Shown: positions 36,605 through 47,591, counted from the stretch's first letter. The stretch is DNA of 64,000 nt from Candidatus Latescibacterota bacterium (GCA_965200315.1 OZ241362.1:2240001-2304000), one strand, 5' to 3'. The notes: generated from the sequence alone by a model not told the origin. Made by a program: numbers and translations.

Positions 36605-37347
36605 TTGTTCCCCCAAGGCATGAGAAAGGATTTGAACCAGTTGGTCGTGGTGTCGACCTTGGTGCGCTGGATGGCGGCGGCCGGGTCCACGTCCTTGGGA
36701 CAGACCACCGAGCACTCACCGATAAATGTGCATTCCCAGATGCCCTCACTGCTAGCGGCGACGACCGTGCGCTGGGCGTAGCCTTCGTCGCGCGAGTCGA
36801 GGTTGTAGCGGTAGGACAGCGCTAGGGCCGCTGGGCCGACGAAGACGTCTTCTAGCCCATAGACGGGACAAGCCGCGTAACACAGCAGGCAGTTGATGCA
36901 CTGGCTAAACTGCTTGAACTCCTTTAGCTCCGCGGGCGACTGCAAGTACTCGCCTTCGGTGACCGGCTTTTCTTCCTCGCGAATGATCCACGGCTGGACC
37001 GCCTTGAGCTTGTCCATGAAATCGTCTATATCGACGACCAAGTCGCGGATAATGGGGAAGTGGGCGAGGGGCTGGATCACCAACTCATTCGGGTAGTAGT
37101 CCTTGAGGAAGGCCGCGCAGGTCAACTTAGGCTCGCCGTTGACCATCATACCGCAAGAGCCGCACACGCCCATGCGGCACGACCAGCGGTATGAAAGGGT
37201 GCCGTCCATGTGGTCTTTGATGTAGTTGAGCGCGTCGAGGACGACCCAGTCCTCCTGATAGGGAACCTCGTAAACCTGCTCGGTGGGTGCATCCTCCTGC
37301 TCGGGTCGAAAGCGGGTCACCCGGATGCCAATGGTCTTGTCGCTCAT
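36601..37347 (-). CDS. frdB: Fumarate reductase/succinate dehydrogenase Fe-S subunit
   Basis: [34 protein letters not shown]. Confidence 0.92.
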   Translation of the reverse strand: MSDKTIGIRVTRFRPEQEDAPTEQVYEVPYQEDWVVLDALNYIKDHMDGTLSYRWSCRMGVCGSCGMMVNGEPKLTCAAFLKDYYPNELVIQPLAHFPIIRDLVVDIDDFMDKLKAVQPWIIREEEKPVTEGEYLQSPAELKEFKQFSQCINCLLCYAACPVYGLEDVFVGPAALALSYRYNLDSRDEGYAQRTVVAASSEGIWECTFIGECSVVCPKDVDPAAAIQRTKVDTTTNWFKSFLMPWGNK

Positions 37348-37359
37348 AGCTCCTCTCAA

Positions 37360-39069
37360 TCAGTAGGTGCGCTCTTGGGGCTGCCAGCGGGTAATGACGA
37401 CGTCTTGGTATTCGATGCGTGGCTCGCCATCGGTGCGATAGGCCAAGGAGTGACAGAGGAAATTTTCATCGTCGCGCTCTTCGTAGTCCATGCGCGAATG
37501 CGATCCGCGCGACTCCCGGCGCAAAAGTGCCGAATGAGCCACGGTCTCGGCCACGTCGAGCAGCGAGCCCAGTTCCAAAGCGGCCGTTAGTTCGGTGTTG
37601 AAGACCGATGAGCTGTCGTCAACCTGAACGCGAGTGTAGCGCTCCTTGAGCTTGGGCAACTCGGCGCAGGTCGCCTCTAGGCTCTCCTGTTCGCGGTAGA
37701 TGCCCGCCCCTTGCTCCATCGTCTTCTGCAGATCCGTGCGAATGTCGGCGATGCGCTCGCTGCCTTCGTTTTTGAAAAACGCCTGTTCAATCCGCTGCCA
37801 CTCGTCAGCAGCCATCTTCTTCAGGCTATCGTACGACGGTGAATTGACCTCGGCGGCATACTCGGCGGCATAGCGGCCGGCCCGCGCACCGAAAACCAAA
37901 AGCTCGGACAGCGAGTTGGAGCCGAGGCGATTGGCTCCGTTGATGGTGACACAGGCCGTTTCCCCGGCCGCGTACAAGCCCGGAATCGGCGTCGCCGTAG
38001 TAATGTCGGTGTGAATGCCGCCCATCATGTAGTGGACCACCGGGCGCACGGGCACCGGCTCGTACACGGGATCAATGCCCACGTAGTTTTTGGTCAACTC
38101 GCGTACGAAGGGGATGCGCTCGTCGATTTTCTTTTCGCCCAAGTGCCGCAAATCGAGATGGACGTACGTGCCGTACGGGCCGGAAAAGACCCGCCCGGCG
38201 CGCTCCTCGTGGACGAATGCCCGCGAAACCATGTCGCGCGGGCCTAATTCCATCTTGTCGGGCAGGTATTCGCTGAGGTAGCGGTCGCCTTTGTTGTTGA
38301 TCAAGTAGCCGCCCTCGCCGCGCGATGCCTCGGTCATCAAGATGCCCGTGCCCGGCAGCCCGGTGGGATGGTACTGGACAAACTCCATGTCCTTGAGTGG
38401 GCAACCCGCTCGGTAGGCCATGGACATGCCGTCGCCGGTCTTGATGGCGGCGTTGGTCGTAAAGGGGAAAATGCGCCCGCCGCCGCCCGTGCAGATGATT
38501 ACGGCCTTGGCGGGAATCGCCTGCATGGCACCTGAGCGCACGTTGATCGCTGCCACGCCACAGGCCGCGCCGTTGTCGTCGAGCAGCAACCGAGTGCCAA
38601 ACCACTCGTCGTAGCGATGGATGCGGTCGTATTTGAGCGAGGTCTGGAAAAGGGCGTGTAGCATGTGGAAGCCGGTTTTGTCGGCCGCGTACAGGGTGCG
38701 CTTGACCGACATGCCCCCGAAGGCGCGCACACTGATCCGGCCGTCGTCGTCGCGGCTCCAAGGGCAGCCCCAATGCTCCAATTGAATCAGCTCGTCTCTG
38801 GCCTCCTCGACGAAGACCTCGACTACGTCTTGGTCGGCGAGAAAATCGCTGCCCTTGATGGTGTCGAAGGCATGGGAGTCGAAGCTGTCGTCGTCGCGTA
38901 GCACCGCCGCGGAGCCGCCTTCGGCTGACACCGTGTGACTGCGCATGGGGTACACTTTGGACACCAAGCCGACGCTGAGATTCGGATCGATCTCGACAGC
39001 AGCAATCGCCGCCCGCAGCCCCGCACCACCGCCGCCTACGATTAGTATGTCGTGGTTAGGTATATTCAC
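37360..39069 (-). CDS. frdA: Fumarate reductase/succinate dehydrogenase flavoprotein
   Basis: [42 protein letters not shown]; GTG start. Confidence 0.93.
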   Translation of the reverse strand: MNIPNHDILIVGGGGAGLRAAIAAVEIDPNLSVGLVSKVYPMRSHTVSAEGGSAAVLRDDDSFDSHAFDTIKGSDFLADQDVVEVFVEEARDELIQLEHWGCPWSRDDDGRISVRAFGGMSVKRTLYAADKTGFHMLHALFQTSLKYDRIHRYDEWFGTRLLLDDNGAACGVAAINVRSGAMQAIPAKAVIICTGGGGRIFPFTTNAAIKTGDGMSMAYRAGCPLKDMEFVQYHPTGLPGTGILMTEASRGEGGYLINNKGDRYLSEYLPDKMELGPRDMVSRAFVHEERAGRVFSGPYGTYVHLDLRHLGEKKIDERIPFVRELTKNYVGIDPVYEPVPVRPVVHYMMGGIHTDITTATPIPGLYAAGETACVTINGANRLGSNSLSELLVFGARAGRYAAEYAAEVNSPSYDSLKKMAADEWQRIEQAFFKNEGSERIADIRTDLQKTMEQGAGIYREQESLEATCAELPKLKERYTRVQVDDSSSVFNTELTAALELGSLLDVAETVAHSALLRRESRGSHSRMDYEERDDENFLCHSLAYRTDGEPRIEYQDVVITRWQPQERTY

Positions 39070-39148
39070 GTTTCAATCCACACCCCCGCACGGGGGCGAC
39101 CTTTTTGGTGGGGGAGGTTTCAATTCGCGCCCCCGCACAGGGGGCGAT
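39070..39148 (-). CRISPR. Orphan mini-array: two type I-C-like repeats with a 16-nt spacer
   Basis: Minus strand ATCGCCCCCTGTGCGGGGGCGCGAATTGAAAC (39148-39117) and GTCGCCCCCGTGCGGGGGTGTGGATTGAAAC (39100-39070); hairpin plus ATTGAAAC tail; no cas genes in the window. Confidence 0.65.
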
Positions 39149-39256
39149 TTTTGCCTTCTCAACCGGCATAAAAAGAGGGCCTCTACACCGAAGTGCAAGA
39201 GACTGAAAAATTAAACCATATCGCCGATAGGAGCAACATCACTCGGCGCGGCAAAA

Positions 39257-40204
39257 TTACGCCGGGGCATGCAGTGCCCGTAGCCGGGTCACTTCGCGCG
39301 GAGTGGCCCGCCAAGCCGGACCGGATTCGCAGCGCAGGGCATAGCCCAGCGGGGTGAGTTCTTCGACCTCGGAGAAAAAGTGGTCCTGCCCCTTATGAAC
39401 GCAGTCCATCACCTTGTCGTCAGCCGCCGGGTTGCGCTGAATGCGTGCTCTAACCGTCAAGTCCGCTCCTTTGGCCAGCAGGTACTTGAAGGTCTCCCAG
39501 CCCGTTCCTTGGTTGGCACCAATGGCGTGGAAGAGGGGCGTTTGGCCGCCCACGCCGTTGCGCCCGACCTCGGCGCGGGCATTCAAATCGGCACCGCGCC
39601 TCAGCAGCAGGTTCACGGCATCCAACTCGTGATATTCGACCGCCAAGTGCAGGAGGGTGACGCCCCGCAGCGTGAGATGGTCGCCGTAGTCGAGCCAGAA
39701 GCGCACCTCAACTAAATCGGGGCAGCGGTCGAGTCGCTGCTCTAGTTGGTCGAGCCGGCCTCGGTGGATGTCCATGGTCGGCCCGTCCCCAAAGGTAGCC
39801 CCTGCTTCGATGAGCACTTCGACGCAGGCGTGCAGGTGGGCGGGAGGCGAACGGCGGTACGTCTGCAAAAGCCCGTAGAGGACGCGGCAGTCCCAGCCTT
39901 CGTTGTACGCGTCATCGGGATGGACGCCCAGTTTTAGCAGGCGCTGTATATGGTCTAAATCGTGATTTTCGCAGCACCCAAAGAGCGCTTCGTTCAACTC
40001 GTCCAGCTCGGCACCGAATTCGACTAACAGGCGCATGGCGTCCAAGCTAGCGTCCATGCGGTCGGCGTACTGCAAGGGGGTGTAGCTCTGCCCGTTCGCG
40101 CATTCGACGCGGTGATGGACCAGATGCGAGTGCTGACGCAACAGGGTTGCCAAGGCGTCTAAATCGCGCTCGTCGAGGGCTTTTTGCAAGCCGGTGCTAT
40201 TCAT
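39257..40204 (-). CDS. Ankyrin-repeat protein
   Basis: TPLQYA, TLLHLAVE...LLLRRGADLNA, QTPLFHA...LLAKGADL, TPLGYA. Confidence 0.85.
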   Translation of the reverse strand: MNSTGLQKALDERDLDALATLLRQHSHLVHHRVECANGQSYTPLQYADRMDASLDAMRLLVEFGAELDELNEALFGCCENHDLDHIQRLLKLGVHPDDAYNEGWDCRVLYGLLQTYRRSPPAHLHACVEVLIEAGATFGDGPTMDIHRGRLDQLEQRLDRCPDLVEVRFWLDYGDHLTLRGVTLLHLAVEYHELDAVNLLLRRGADLNARAEVGRNGVGGQTPLFHAIGANQGTGWETFKYLLAKGADLTVRARIQRNPAADDKVMDCVHKGQDHFFSEVEELTPLGYALRCESGPAWRATPREVTRLRALHAPA

Positions 40205-40565
40205 AGCCGTACTTTCTAACGGCGTCTTCGTCAAAGCCCATAAAGTGCGCTAGTTCGTGTACTAAGGTGGTCTCCACCTCCCGCGCCAACTCGCCCTGAT
40301 CGGGGAAGTCCTCCTCCAAAGGCCCCTGATAGAGCGCAATTACCGGCGGCAGGTCGCCGCTGTCTTCGAGGCGGCGCTCGGGCAGGGGCGTACCCGTAAA
40401 AAGCCCGTAGAGCACTTCTTCTCGATCACCAGTAATCTCCTCAACCAGTTCGGGGTCGGGCCAGTCCTCGACGACGATGGCTAGGTTGTCCAGCACTTGG
40501 CGGAACTCCTCCGGCAGGCGCAGGAGGGCCTTTTCCACCAGTTTCTCAAACGCACGGCGGCGCAC
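40197..40565 (-). CDS. Minimal zincin-like metallopeptidase (DUF1025-like)
   Basis: LYGLFTGTPL, TLVHELAHFMG. Confidence 0.85.
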   Translation of the reverse strand: MRRRAFEKLVEKALLRLPEEFRQVLDNLAIVVEDWPDPELVEEITGDREEVLYGLFTGTPLPERRLEDSGDLPPVIALYQGPLEEDFPDQGELAREVETTLVHELAHFMGFDEDAVRKYGYE

Positions 40566-40572
40566 GGCAACG

Positions 40573-41712
40573 CTACCAGTCTGCGACGCTGCCGTCGTTT
40601 TCGTAGTAGAGTTCGCCGCCCAGTTCCTCTGTGTACTCGATCGTCTTTTCCACCTCGGACTCGATCAGGTCAAACCCCAACCCCGGCTTGGTCGGCAGTT
40701 CGACGTGGCCGTCGACCACCTGCCACGGATCAACGAGCAACCCCTCACCCAATCCCTCGTCAACCTGTTCCTGCACGAGGAAATTGGGCACCACCGCATC
40801 AACCTGCATACAGGCGGAAAAGGCTACCGGGCCGATAGCGCAGTGCGGCATGATGTGGATGTAATAAACCTCGGCCATATTGGCGATCTTTTTCAGCTCG
40901 GTGATCCCGCCCGCGTGCGAGCCATCGGGTTGGATGTAGGAGACGGCCTGCTTTTCAAAAATCTCCCGGAACTCCCAGCGCGAGAGCAAGCGCTCGCCCG
41001 TGGCGATAGGGAAGGGCACGTGGTCGGAGACCTCCTTTAGCGCATCGACATTCTCCTGCGGGATCGGCTCTTCGACGAACATCGGCCGCATCCCCGCAAG
41101 CTGGCCACACACCTCAATGGCCAACCCCGGCGTCATCTTGCCGTGTAAGTCGAAGCATAGCTCTACCTCGTCGCCGACCCATTCGCGCATGGTGTAGGCG
41201 TCTTTGACAAACGCGTCGATTCGCGCCGGTGGCTCGTGGGCGCGCCACGTGCCCCCCGGCCCCGTCTTAAAAGCCGTGTAGCCTTTGGCCAACAGCATGT
41301 CGAGCCGCGCCCGCGCCGCTGTCAGCGCCTCGTCGGTCTGGCCGTGGATGCCCCAGTGTGCGTACACGCGAATCCGGTCGCGCACCGCACCGCCCAAGAG
41401 CATATAGGCGGGGACATCGTAGTGCTTGCCAGCGATGTCCCACAGCGCCTGATCGATGCCCGACAGCGCACTCATCAGCACATTGCCGCCGCGAAAAAAG
41501 GCCGAGCGATAGACGTGCTGCCAGTGGTGCTCAATGCGGAGCGGGTCCTTGCCGACGAAGTACTCGGCCAACTCTTCCACCGCCGCCCAAGTACTCTTGG
41601 GCTTGCCCTCCAGCGTGGTCTCACCCCAGCCGACTAGACCATTGTCCGTGGTAACTTTGACCAAGCGCATGCGCTGGCGCGGGAAAAACTGTTCGATCTT
41701 GGCGATCTTCAC
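40573..41712 (-). CDS. dgoD: Galactonate dehydratase-like enolase superfamily enzyme
   Basis: GWGETTLEG, SGIDQALWDI, LLGGAVRDRI, DLHGK, EEP, ATGERL, GGITE. Confidence 0.8.
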   Translation of the reverse strand: MKIAKIEQFFPRQRMRLVKVTTDNGLVGWGETTLEGKPKSTWAAVEELAEYFVGKDPLRIEHHWQHVYRSAFFRGGNVLMSALSGIDQALWDIAGKHYDVPAYMLLGGAVRDRIRVYAHWGIHGQTDEALTAARARLDMLLAKGYTAFKTGPGGTWRAHEPPARIDAFVKDAYTMREWVGDEVELCFDLHGKMTPGLAIEVCGQLAGMRPMFVEEPIPQENVDALKEVSDHVPFPIATGERLLSRWEFREIFEKQAVSYIQPDGSHAGGITELKKIANMAEVYYIHIMPHCAIGPVAFSACMQVDAVVPNFLVQEQVDEGLGEGLLVDPWQVVDGHVELPTKPGLGFDLIESEVEKTIEYTEELGGELYYENDGSVADW

Positions 41713-41727
41713 CGTCTAGTCCTTTCG

Positions 41728-43449
41728 TTAATGAGCCTCGCGCGTTACAACAGCACTCGACTTGCCGACCAAGAAGTCGAAGTCAACTCCTTTGTCGGCC
41801 TGCATCACGTGGTCGATATAGAGGCTGACGTAGCCCCGGGTATCGTGGGGTGCAGGAGGCTGCCAAGCCGCCCGGCGGCGCGCCAGCTCCTCGTCCGACA
41901 CGTCTAGGTGCAATCGCCGGCCCGCCACGTCGAGCTCGATCATGTCGCCAGCGCGCACTAGCGCCAGCGATCCGCCAATGGCCGCTTCAGGGGCCACGTG
42001 CAGGATCACAGTGCCGTAGGCCGTGCCGCTCATGCGGCCATCGGAAATGCGCACCATGTCCCGGACGCCCCTTTCCAGCAGCTTTTTCGGCAAGCCCATG
42101 TTGCCGACCTCGGCCATGCCTGGATAGCCGACCGGCCCGACGTTTTGCAACACCAGTACGCTCGATTCATCTACATCCAAATCGGGGCTGTCGATCCGTT
42201 CGTGATAGTCCTCAATCGTCTCAAAAACCACTGCTCGTCCGCGGTGCTGCATCAGCTCGGGCGAGGCGGCCGACGGCTTGATGATCGCCCCGTCCTCGCA
42301 AACATTGCCCAGCAGCACGGCCAAGCCCGCGGCCTCAATAAGCGGCGCGTCCAGCGGAGCGATCACGTCTCGATTGTAGCAGGCTGCCCCGGCGATATTC
42401 TCGCCGAGCGACTTACCCGTCGCCGTCAAAGCGTCTAGATGGAGGGAATCCTTCAACTCCTCAATTACCACCGGCAAGCCACCGGCGTAATAGAAATCCT
42501 CCATCAGATACTTGCCCGCGGGCATCAAATTGACCAATAGCGGCAGCGCGCTGCCGAGGCGGTCGAAGTCGTCCAAGGATAACTCGACGCCGACGCGCCC
42601 GGCCAGGGCCAGCAAGTGGACGACGCAATTGGTCGAACCGCCGATGGCCGCGTTGACCTTGATGGCATTCTCAAAGGCCGCACGCCCGAGAATGGCGGAC
42701 ATCTTGAGGTCTTCGCGCACCATCTCGACGATGCGCGACCCCGCCAGATGCGCCAGCACCTTGCGCCGCGAGTCCGGGGCCGGGATCGCCGCGCCGCCGG
42801 GCAGGGTCATGCCGAGGGCCTCGACCATACAGGCCATCGTCGATGCCGTGCCCATCGTCATGCAGTGCCCATCCGAGCGCGTCATGCCGGCCTCGGCCAG
42901 CCCGAATTCTTCGCGCGTCATCTTCCCGGCGCGAAAATCCTCGCTGAACTTCCACACGTCCGTCCCCGAACCAATATCGCTGCCGCGGTACTTGCCGTTG
43001 AGCATGGGGCCGCCGGGCACGGCAATCGTCGGCAGATCAACGCTGGCCGCCCCCATCAAGCACGCTGGCGTAGTCTTGTCGCACCCGGTCAGGAGCACCA
43101 CGCCGTCAACCGGGTTGGCGCGAATGCACTCCTCCACGTCCATGCTCGCCAAGTTGCGGAAGAGCATGGTCGTCGGGCGCATGATGGGCTCGCCTAGCGA
43201 GGTGACCGGGAATTCCACGGGCAACCCCCCGGCTTCGTACACGCCGCGCTTGACGACTTCGGCCAAGTCGCGGAAGTGGATGTTGCACGGCGTCAGCTCG
43301 GACCACGTGTTGCAGATGCCGATGACCGGGCGGCCGTCGAATTCGTGCTCGGGTAGGCCGCGCTTCATCCAACTGCGGTGAATGAAGCCGCCTTTGTCCT
43401 CGCGTCCAAACCAGTCGGCACTCCTCAGTTTCCCACGATCTGCTGCCAT
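41728..43449 (-). CDS. IlvD/Edd family sugar-acid dehydratase
   Basis: NTWSELTPCN, GCDKTTP, GHCMTMGTAST, SDGRMSGT, HVAPEAA. Confidence 0.9.
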   Translation of the reverse strand: MAADRGKLRSADWFGREDKGGFIHRSWMKRGLPEHEFDGRPVIGICNTWSELTPCNIHFRDLAEVVKRGVYEAGGLPVEFPVTSLGEPIMRPTTMLFRNLASMDVEECIRANPVDGVVLLTGCDKTTPACLMGAASVDLPTIAVPGGPMLNGKYRGSDIGSGTDVWKFSEDFRAGKMTREEFGLAEAGMTRSDGHCMTMGTASTMACMVEALGMTLPGGAAIPAPDSRRKVLAHLAGSRIVEMVREDLKMSAILGRAAFENAIKVNAAIGGSTNCVVHLLALAGRVGVELSLDDFDRLGSALPLLVNLMPAGKYLMEDFYYAGGLPVVIEELKDSLHLDALTATGKSLGENIAGAACYNRDVIAPLDAPLIEAAGLAVLLGNVCEDGAIIKPSAASPELMQHRGRAVVFETIEDYHERIDSPDLDVDESSVLVLQNVGPVGYPGMAEVGNMGLPKKLLERGVRDMVRISDGRMSGTAYGTVILHVAPEAAIGGSLALVRAGDMIELDVAGRRLHLDVSDEELARRRAAWQPPAPHDTRGYVSLYIDHVMQADKGVDFDFLVGKSSAVVTREAH

Positions 43450-43615
43450 TAATTTTCCTCTGCTTTTATTTGTGCGCCCAGCGGCAAGGCAATCAATCTA
43501 GGCGATCTCCTCGCTCTCGCAATACTATATTTTGTTATAAGCCACTAGTTAATAACTTCTTGCGATTATTGGGTAACATGGTAAGTTCGAGTAAAACCCG
43601 CTTCTGAAAGACGAT

Positions 43616-44467
43616 ATGGAGCTCAAACGCATTGCCGTCATTGGGGCCGGCACTATGGGGCGCGGTATTGCCCAAGTTTTGGCCCAAGCGAGCAGGGAAG
43701 TCCTGCTCTACGACGCAGACTCCTGCGCCCGCGAACAGGGCCTCGCCACCATAGCCGCACGTCTGCGCCAACAAGCCGCTAAAGGTCGATTAGAGCCGGC
43801 CGCCAGCGAGGCGGCCATCGCCGCACTGCGGGGTATTGACCAGCTCGCCGACATCGGCACCGCCGACATGGTCATCGAAGCGGTCCCCGAGCGCCTAGAC
43901 CTCAAGCTCGCTGTCTTTGCCCAACTCGGACAATTGGCCGGGTCAGAAGCCATCCTCGCCAGCAACAGCTCCGGCTTGGATATCGACGCTCTGGCCGCCG
44001 CGTCCGAGCGGCCAGACAAGGTAATTGGCATGCACTTCTTCAACCCGCCCCCGACCATGCCCCTAGTTGAAGTAGTGCGTACAACCGCGACCTCGGACGC
44101 GACTTTTACCGCAGTCATGACTTTGGCCCAAGGCCTAGGCAAGACTCCCGTCGCAGTCGCCAATAGCCCTGGTTTTGCGGTCAACCGCATCCTCTTTCCC
44201 ATGATCAACGAGGCTATCTACGCCCTCGCCGAAGGCGTGGCCAGCGCCGAAGACATCGACCGGGTGATGGTGCTAGGAGCGAGCCATCCCATAGGGCCGC
44301 TGGCCTTGGCCGACTATGTGGGACTCGACGTGACCTTGGATATCCTCAAATCGTTTGCCCAGCGTCTAGACAACGCCAAATACCGCCCTTGCCCCCTGCT
44401 GCGCGAGATGGTCGCGCAGGGCGCGTTGGGCCGCAAGACGGGTCGGGGGTTTTTCTCCTACTCGTGA
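43616..44467 (+). CDS. 3-hydroxyacyl(butyryl)-CoA dehydrogenase
   Basis: VIGAGTMGRGIA, GMHFFNP, PGFAVNRI, GRKTGRGF. Confidence 0.9.
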   Translation: MELKRIAVIGAGTMGRGIAQVLAQASREVLLYDADSCAREQGLATIAARLRQQAAKGRLEPAASEAAIAALRGIDQLADIGTADMVIEAVPERLDLKLAVFAQLGQLAGSEAILASNSSGLDIDALAAASERPDKVIGMHFFNPPPTMPLVEVVRTTATSDATFTAVMTLAQGLGKTPVAVANSPGFAVNRILFPMINEAIYALAEGVASAEDIDRVMVLGASHPIGPLALADYVGLDVTLDILKSFAQRLDNAKYRPCPLLREMVAQGALGRKTGRGFFSYS

Positions 44468-44480
44468 TAACGGGGCGCCG

Positions 44481-44990
44481 ATGTTGCACCTCCTTATCCT
44501 CTTGGGCCTGCTGGTCACCTGTAGCTGCTCAATCCGCTCGGCACCGCGCTATACCGCCGATTCCACGGATTCGGACAGCGTGGCGCGCGAACTCAAAGAT
44601 CGCCGCCGTGCCAGCCCCAACCGCCTCGCTCGCGTCGTCGAAGGCTATCTCGGTGTCCCCTACAAGTGGGGCGGCACCACTCGCGCTGGCATGGACTGCT
44701 CGGCCTTTGCCCGCGCCATTTTCCGCCAGACTTATGGCATCGAACTCCCTCGCACCACTAGGCAGCTATACAGCATCGGCCGCACCGTCAGCCGCCGGCA
44801 GGATCTCAAACCAGGGGATCTGGTTTTCTTTAGGAATACCTTCTCAGGCCCGGGCGTTTCCCACGTTGGGATTTATCTCGGCAAGAGGCGTTTCGCCCAT
44901 GCGGGCGTGAGCACCGGCGCGACCATTACCTCGCTCGACCACCCTTATTTCCGCCTCCGCTATGCCGGTGCTCGGCGCGTCGAGCACTGA
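44481..44990 (+). CDS. NlpC/P60 (C40) peptidoglycan peptidase lipoprotein
   Basis: YLGVPYKWGG, DCS, PGDLVFF, SHVGIY. Confidence 0.92.
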   Translation: MLHLLILLGLLVTCSCSIRSAPRYTADSTDSDSVARELKDRRRASPNRLARVVEGYLGVPYKWGGTTRAGMDCSAFARAIFRQTYGIELPRTTRQLYSIGRTVSRRQDLKPGDLVFFRNTFSGPGVSHVGIYLGKRRFAHAGVSTGATITSLDHPYFRLRYAGARRVEH

Positions 44991-44991
44991 C

Positions 44992-46296
44992 GTGTCCATC
45001 CGCCTACTGCTGCTCGCTGGTGCCATTGAAGCCTGCTGTTGCTATCTGGTCTCCCTCGGCGACCTCCAGCGCCAAATACCACAGATGTGGGCTGGCGTCT
45101 TTCCTGCTTTTCTCTGCTACGCGCTCGCCGCGCATTTCATCCTACGGCGCGATGCGCCTACGGGACAGCTACACCTGATTCTCGGGGCCGCGCTCGTCTT
45201 CCGCCTGACGCTGTGGTGGAGCCCGGCCACGCTCTCGGACGACATTTTCCGCTACGTCTGGGACGGTCGCGTCCAGCTAGCCGGCATCAACCCGTACCTC
45301 TACGCGCCCTCAGCACCCCAAGTAGAGCACCTGCGCGACGCGCTCTACCACAGCGTCAACCACACCGCCATTTCCACGATCTACCCACCGCTGGCGCAGC
45401 TTTTCTTTCGCACTATTTGCACGCTAAGCGCGACGCCGGCCGCATTCAAATTGGCCCTGCTGCTCTGCGATTGGGGCCTCTGCCTGCTTTTGGCACACAG
45501 CCTCGTCCGGCGCGGCCAAGACCCGCGCCGCGTCGTGCTCTACGCTTGGAATCCCCTGCCCTTAATAGAAGTCGCCGGCAGCGGCCACATCGACGCGCTC
45601 GGCGTCCTGCTCCTCTTCGCGGCTCTGTACGCACTCCACAGCCAGCGCTGGGCCGCTGCCGTCTGCGCCCTCGCCGGGGCCTTTCTCGTCAAACTGGTGC
45701 CCCTCGTGCTGGTGCCCACTTTTTGGCGTCGTCCTCGCGCCGACTGGTTCAACCTCCGCAAGCGGAGTGCGCTGCTTCTGTTTCCAACGCTGGGGGTATT
45801 GGCCTTTTGGCTCTTTGCCGACGCCGGGGAAAAACTCGCGACGGGCCTGCTGACCTATGTGCAACACTGGCACTTCAACGCGGCGGCCTACTCGCTCTTT
45901 CGCCTTGCCTTACAGCCGTGGGATGGGCACGCCTACGCGCACGCTCGCTGGCTCTGCACGGCCCTTTTCGCCTTGATAGCCCTCGGCGTCCAAATCCGCT
46001 ACTGCGATCCCTACCGCGCCGCCTTCGCAACCCTCGGTGCTTACGTCTTGCTCTCGCCGACCGTGCATCCCTGGTACTTGCTTTGGGTCCTCCCGTTCCT
46101 CGCCTTTTTTCCCTACCCCGCTTGGATGCTCCTCAGCGGCTTGATCTTTCTCGCTTACGAGGTGCAGATCGGCTATGGCAGCGAAGGCGTGTGGCGCGAA
46201 AAGCCGTGGGTTCTATGGGCGCAATACGCGCCTTTTTATCTGCTCCTCGGCGTTGCGGCCTGCCATAGACGCCTCATGGGGCACCGCGACGATTAG
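44992..46296 (+). CDS. GT-C fold membrane glycosyltransferase (GT87-like)
   Basis: LSDDIFRYVWDG, TIYPP, YAWNPL, GHID, TVHPWY; many TM segments. Confidence 0.8.
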   Translation: MSIRLLLLAGAIEACCCYLVSLGDLQRQIPQMWAGVFPAFLCYALAAHFILRRDAPTGQLHLILGAALVFRLTLWWSPATLSDDIFRYVWDGRVQLAGINPYLYAPSAPQVEHLRDALYHSVNHTAISTIYPPLAQLFFRTICTLSATPAAFKLALLLCDWGLCLLLAHSLVRRGQDPRRVVLYAWNPLPLIEVAGSGHIDALGVLLLFAALYALHSQRWAAAVCALAGAFLVKLVPLVLVPTFWRRPRADWFNLRKRSALLLFPTLGVLAFWLFADAGEKLATGLLTYVQHWHFNAAAYSLFRLALQPWDGHAYAHARWLCTALFALIALGVQIRYCDPYRAAFATLGAYVLLSPTVHPWYLLWVLPFLAFFPYPAWMLLSGLIFLAYEVQIGYGSEGVWREKPWVLWAQYAPFYLLLGVAACHRRLMGHRDD

Positions 46297-46680
46297 CCAG
46301 CAGACGCGCGATCCCGGGGCCCGCCGTGGCCACGCAAAGGGCAGGTGCATTAGAGCGAAAACAGTGAGAAAGATGGCGGAGACGACCGCTAGGAAGAGCC
46401 CGTGCGGGTAGGCGTGGATAAAGGCGAGCTGTTTCGGTGCCGAGAGCGTAAAAAAATAATTGGTCCCGAGATAGAGGTTGAGCGGGGTACTGGCCAAGGC
46501 GTAGAGATCGACGGCGACATAGCTGCGCAGGATCGCCCGCGCCGACGGGCGGTAGCAGCACCCAAAGGTGAAATAGAACCCCGCGCCGACCAAGGCGACA
46601 TGGGTCAGGAAATAGCGGATCTCGGCGATGAGGTGATGTAGAGCGCCCTGCGGCCGCCCGAAAGAACTCGATTCAGCATA
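46293..46680 (-). pseudogene. Probable remnant of a membrane protein (YwaF-like C-terminal part)
   Basis: Hydrophobic reading frame (YRPSARAILRSY...PLNLYLGTNYFF) with no credible start or N-terminus. Confidence 0.3.
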
Positions 46681-47001
46681 GATCGCCCGTTTTATGCGCT
46701 ATATAGCCGCCCGCATTGCCTGCATTAAATATGGTTAATTCACAGATGGGGTGCTACCAACCCGCATAGCTTGCGGAGGACCGCCAGCGGGCCCAAGCGC
46801 CCCCTTGCGGCGTCTAGTCTAAATACATAACGCGCCTTTTTACCTGCTCTTATTTATGCGGCACCGAACTAGCTCATTGCCGGATGAGAACAGATGGCTC
46901 GTGGAGTCACAAGTGCGGAAAATAGTTCAAAGTGTTTCTGTTTGTTATATTCTCTTGATGGATGATGGCGCAAGGCGATAACGACCTCGCGCCTAAGAAA
47001 G

Positions 47002-47589
47002 TTGCACGTGAATTGCTCTGTAAAAAATACCTTGCGCCTCGTGGCCTTTGGCTTAGGTGCGCTGTGTCTGCACGGCTGTCTGGAGCTGGTGCGCAGGCCG
47101 CCAGCGGGCGAACCCATCGGCTACGATCAAGTCCCAGTCGCCGACACCACAGCCACGAGCGCGGCACCCCTCCAACCCATGCCAACGCTAGTCGTCATAG
47201 AGCGCCCCAAGCGCTCGCGCCAGCAGCTACAAGACATCGAGCAGGTCAATAAATACGCGCTCTGGTGCATTGAGAACGCCATGTGGAACGAGGCCCAATC
47301 GCACATGGAACGCGCCCTAGAGCAAGACAGCTTGTCGGCCAGCCTGCACAACAACCTCGGGGTCATCTATGAGCGGCTCGGCATGACCGACAAAGCCGCT
47401 GAATTCTACGGCCGGGCGCGGGCCCTCAACCCGGCCCAAGAAGCTTATACAGCCAACTTGCGCTACTTGCAACAATACCAGCAGGCCAGCCTCGACTCTA
47501 CAGACTCACTTGATATATTCAAATTAGACCGTGGCCAACCACCGCGGACCAGACGCCCGGACCATTCGCCTACATCTACGGGAGAGTAA
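47002..47589 (+). CDS. TPR-containing lipoprotein
   Basis: Lipobox LHGC; TPR ASLHNNLGVIYERLG..DKAAEFY.RARALNP. Confidence 0.75.
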   Translation: MHVNCSVKNTLRLVAFGLGALCLHGCLELVRRPPAGEPIGYDQVPVADTTATSAAPLQPMPTLVVIERPKRSRQQLQDIEQVNKYALWCIENAMWNEAQSHMERALEQDSLSASLHNNLGVIYERLGMTDKAAEFYGRARALNPAQEAYTANLRYLQQYQQASLDSTDSLDIFKLDRGQPPRTRRPDHSPTSTGE

Positions 47590-47591
47590 AC

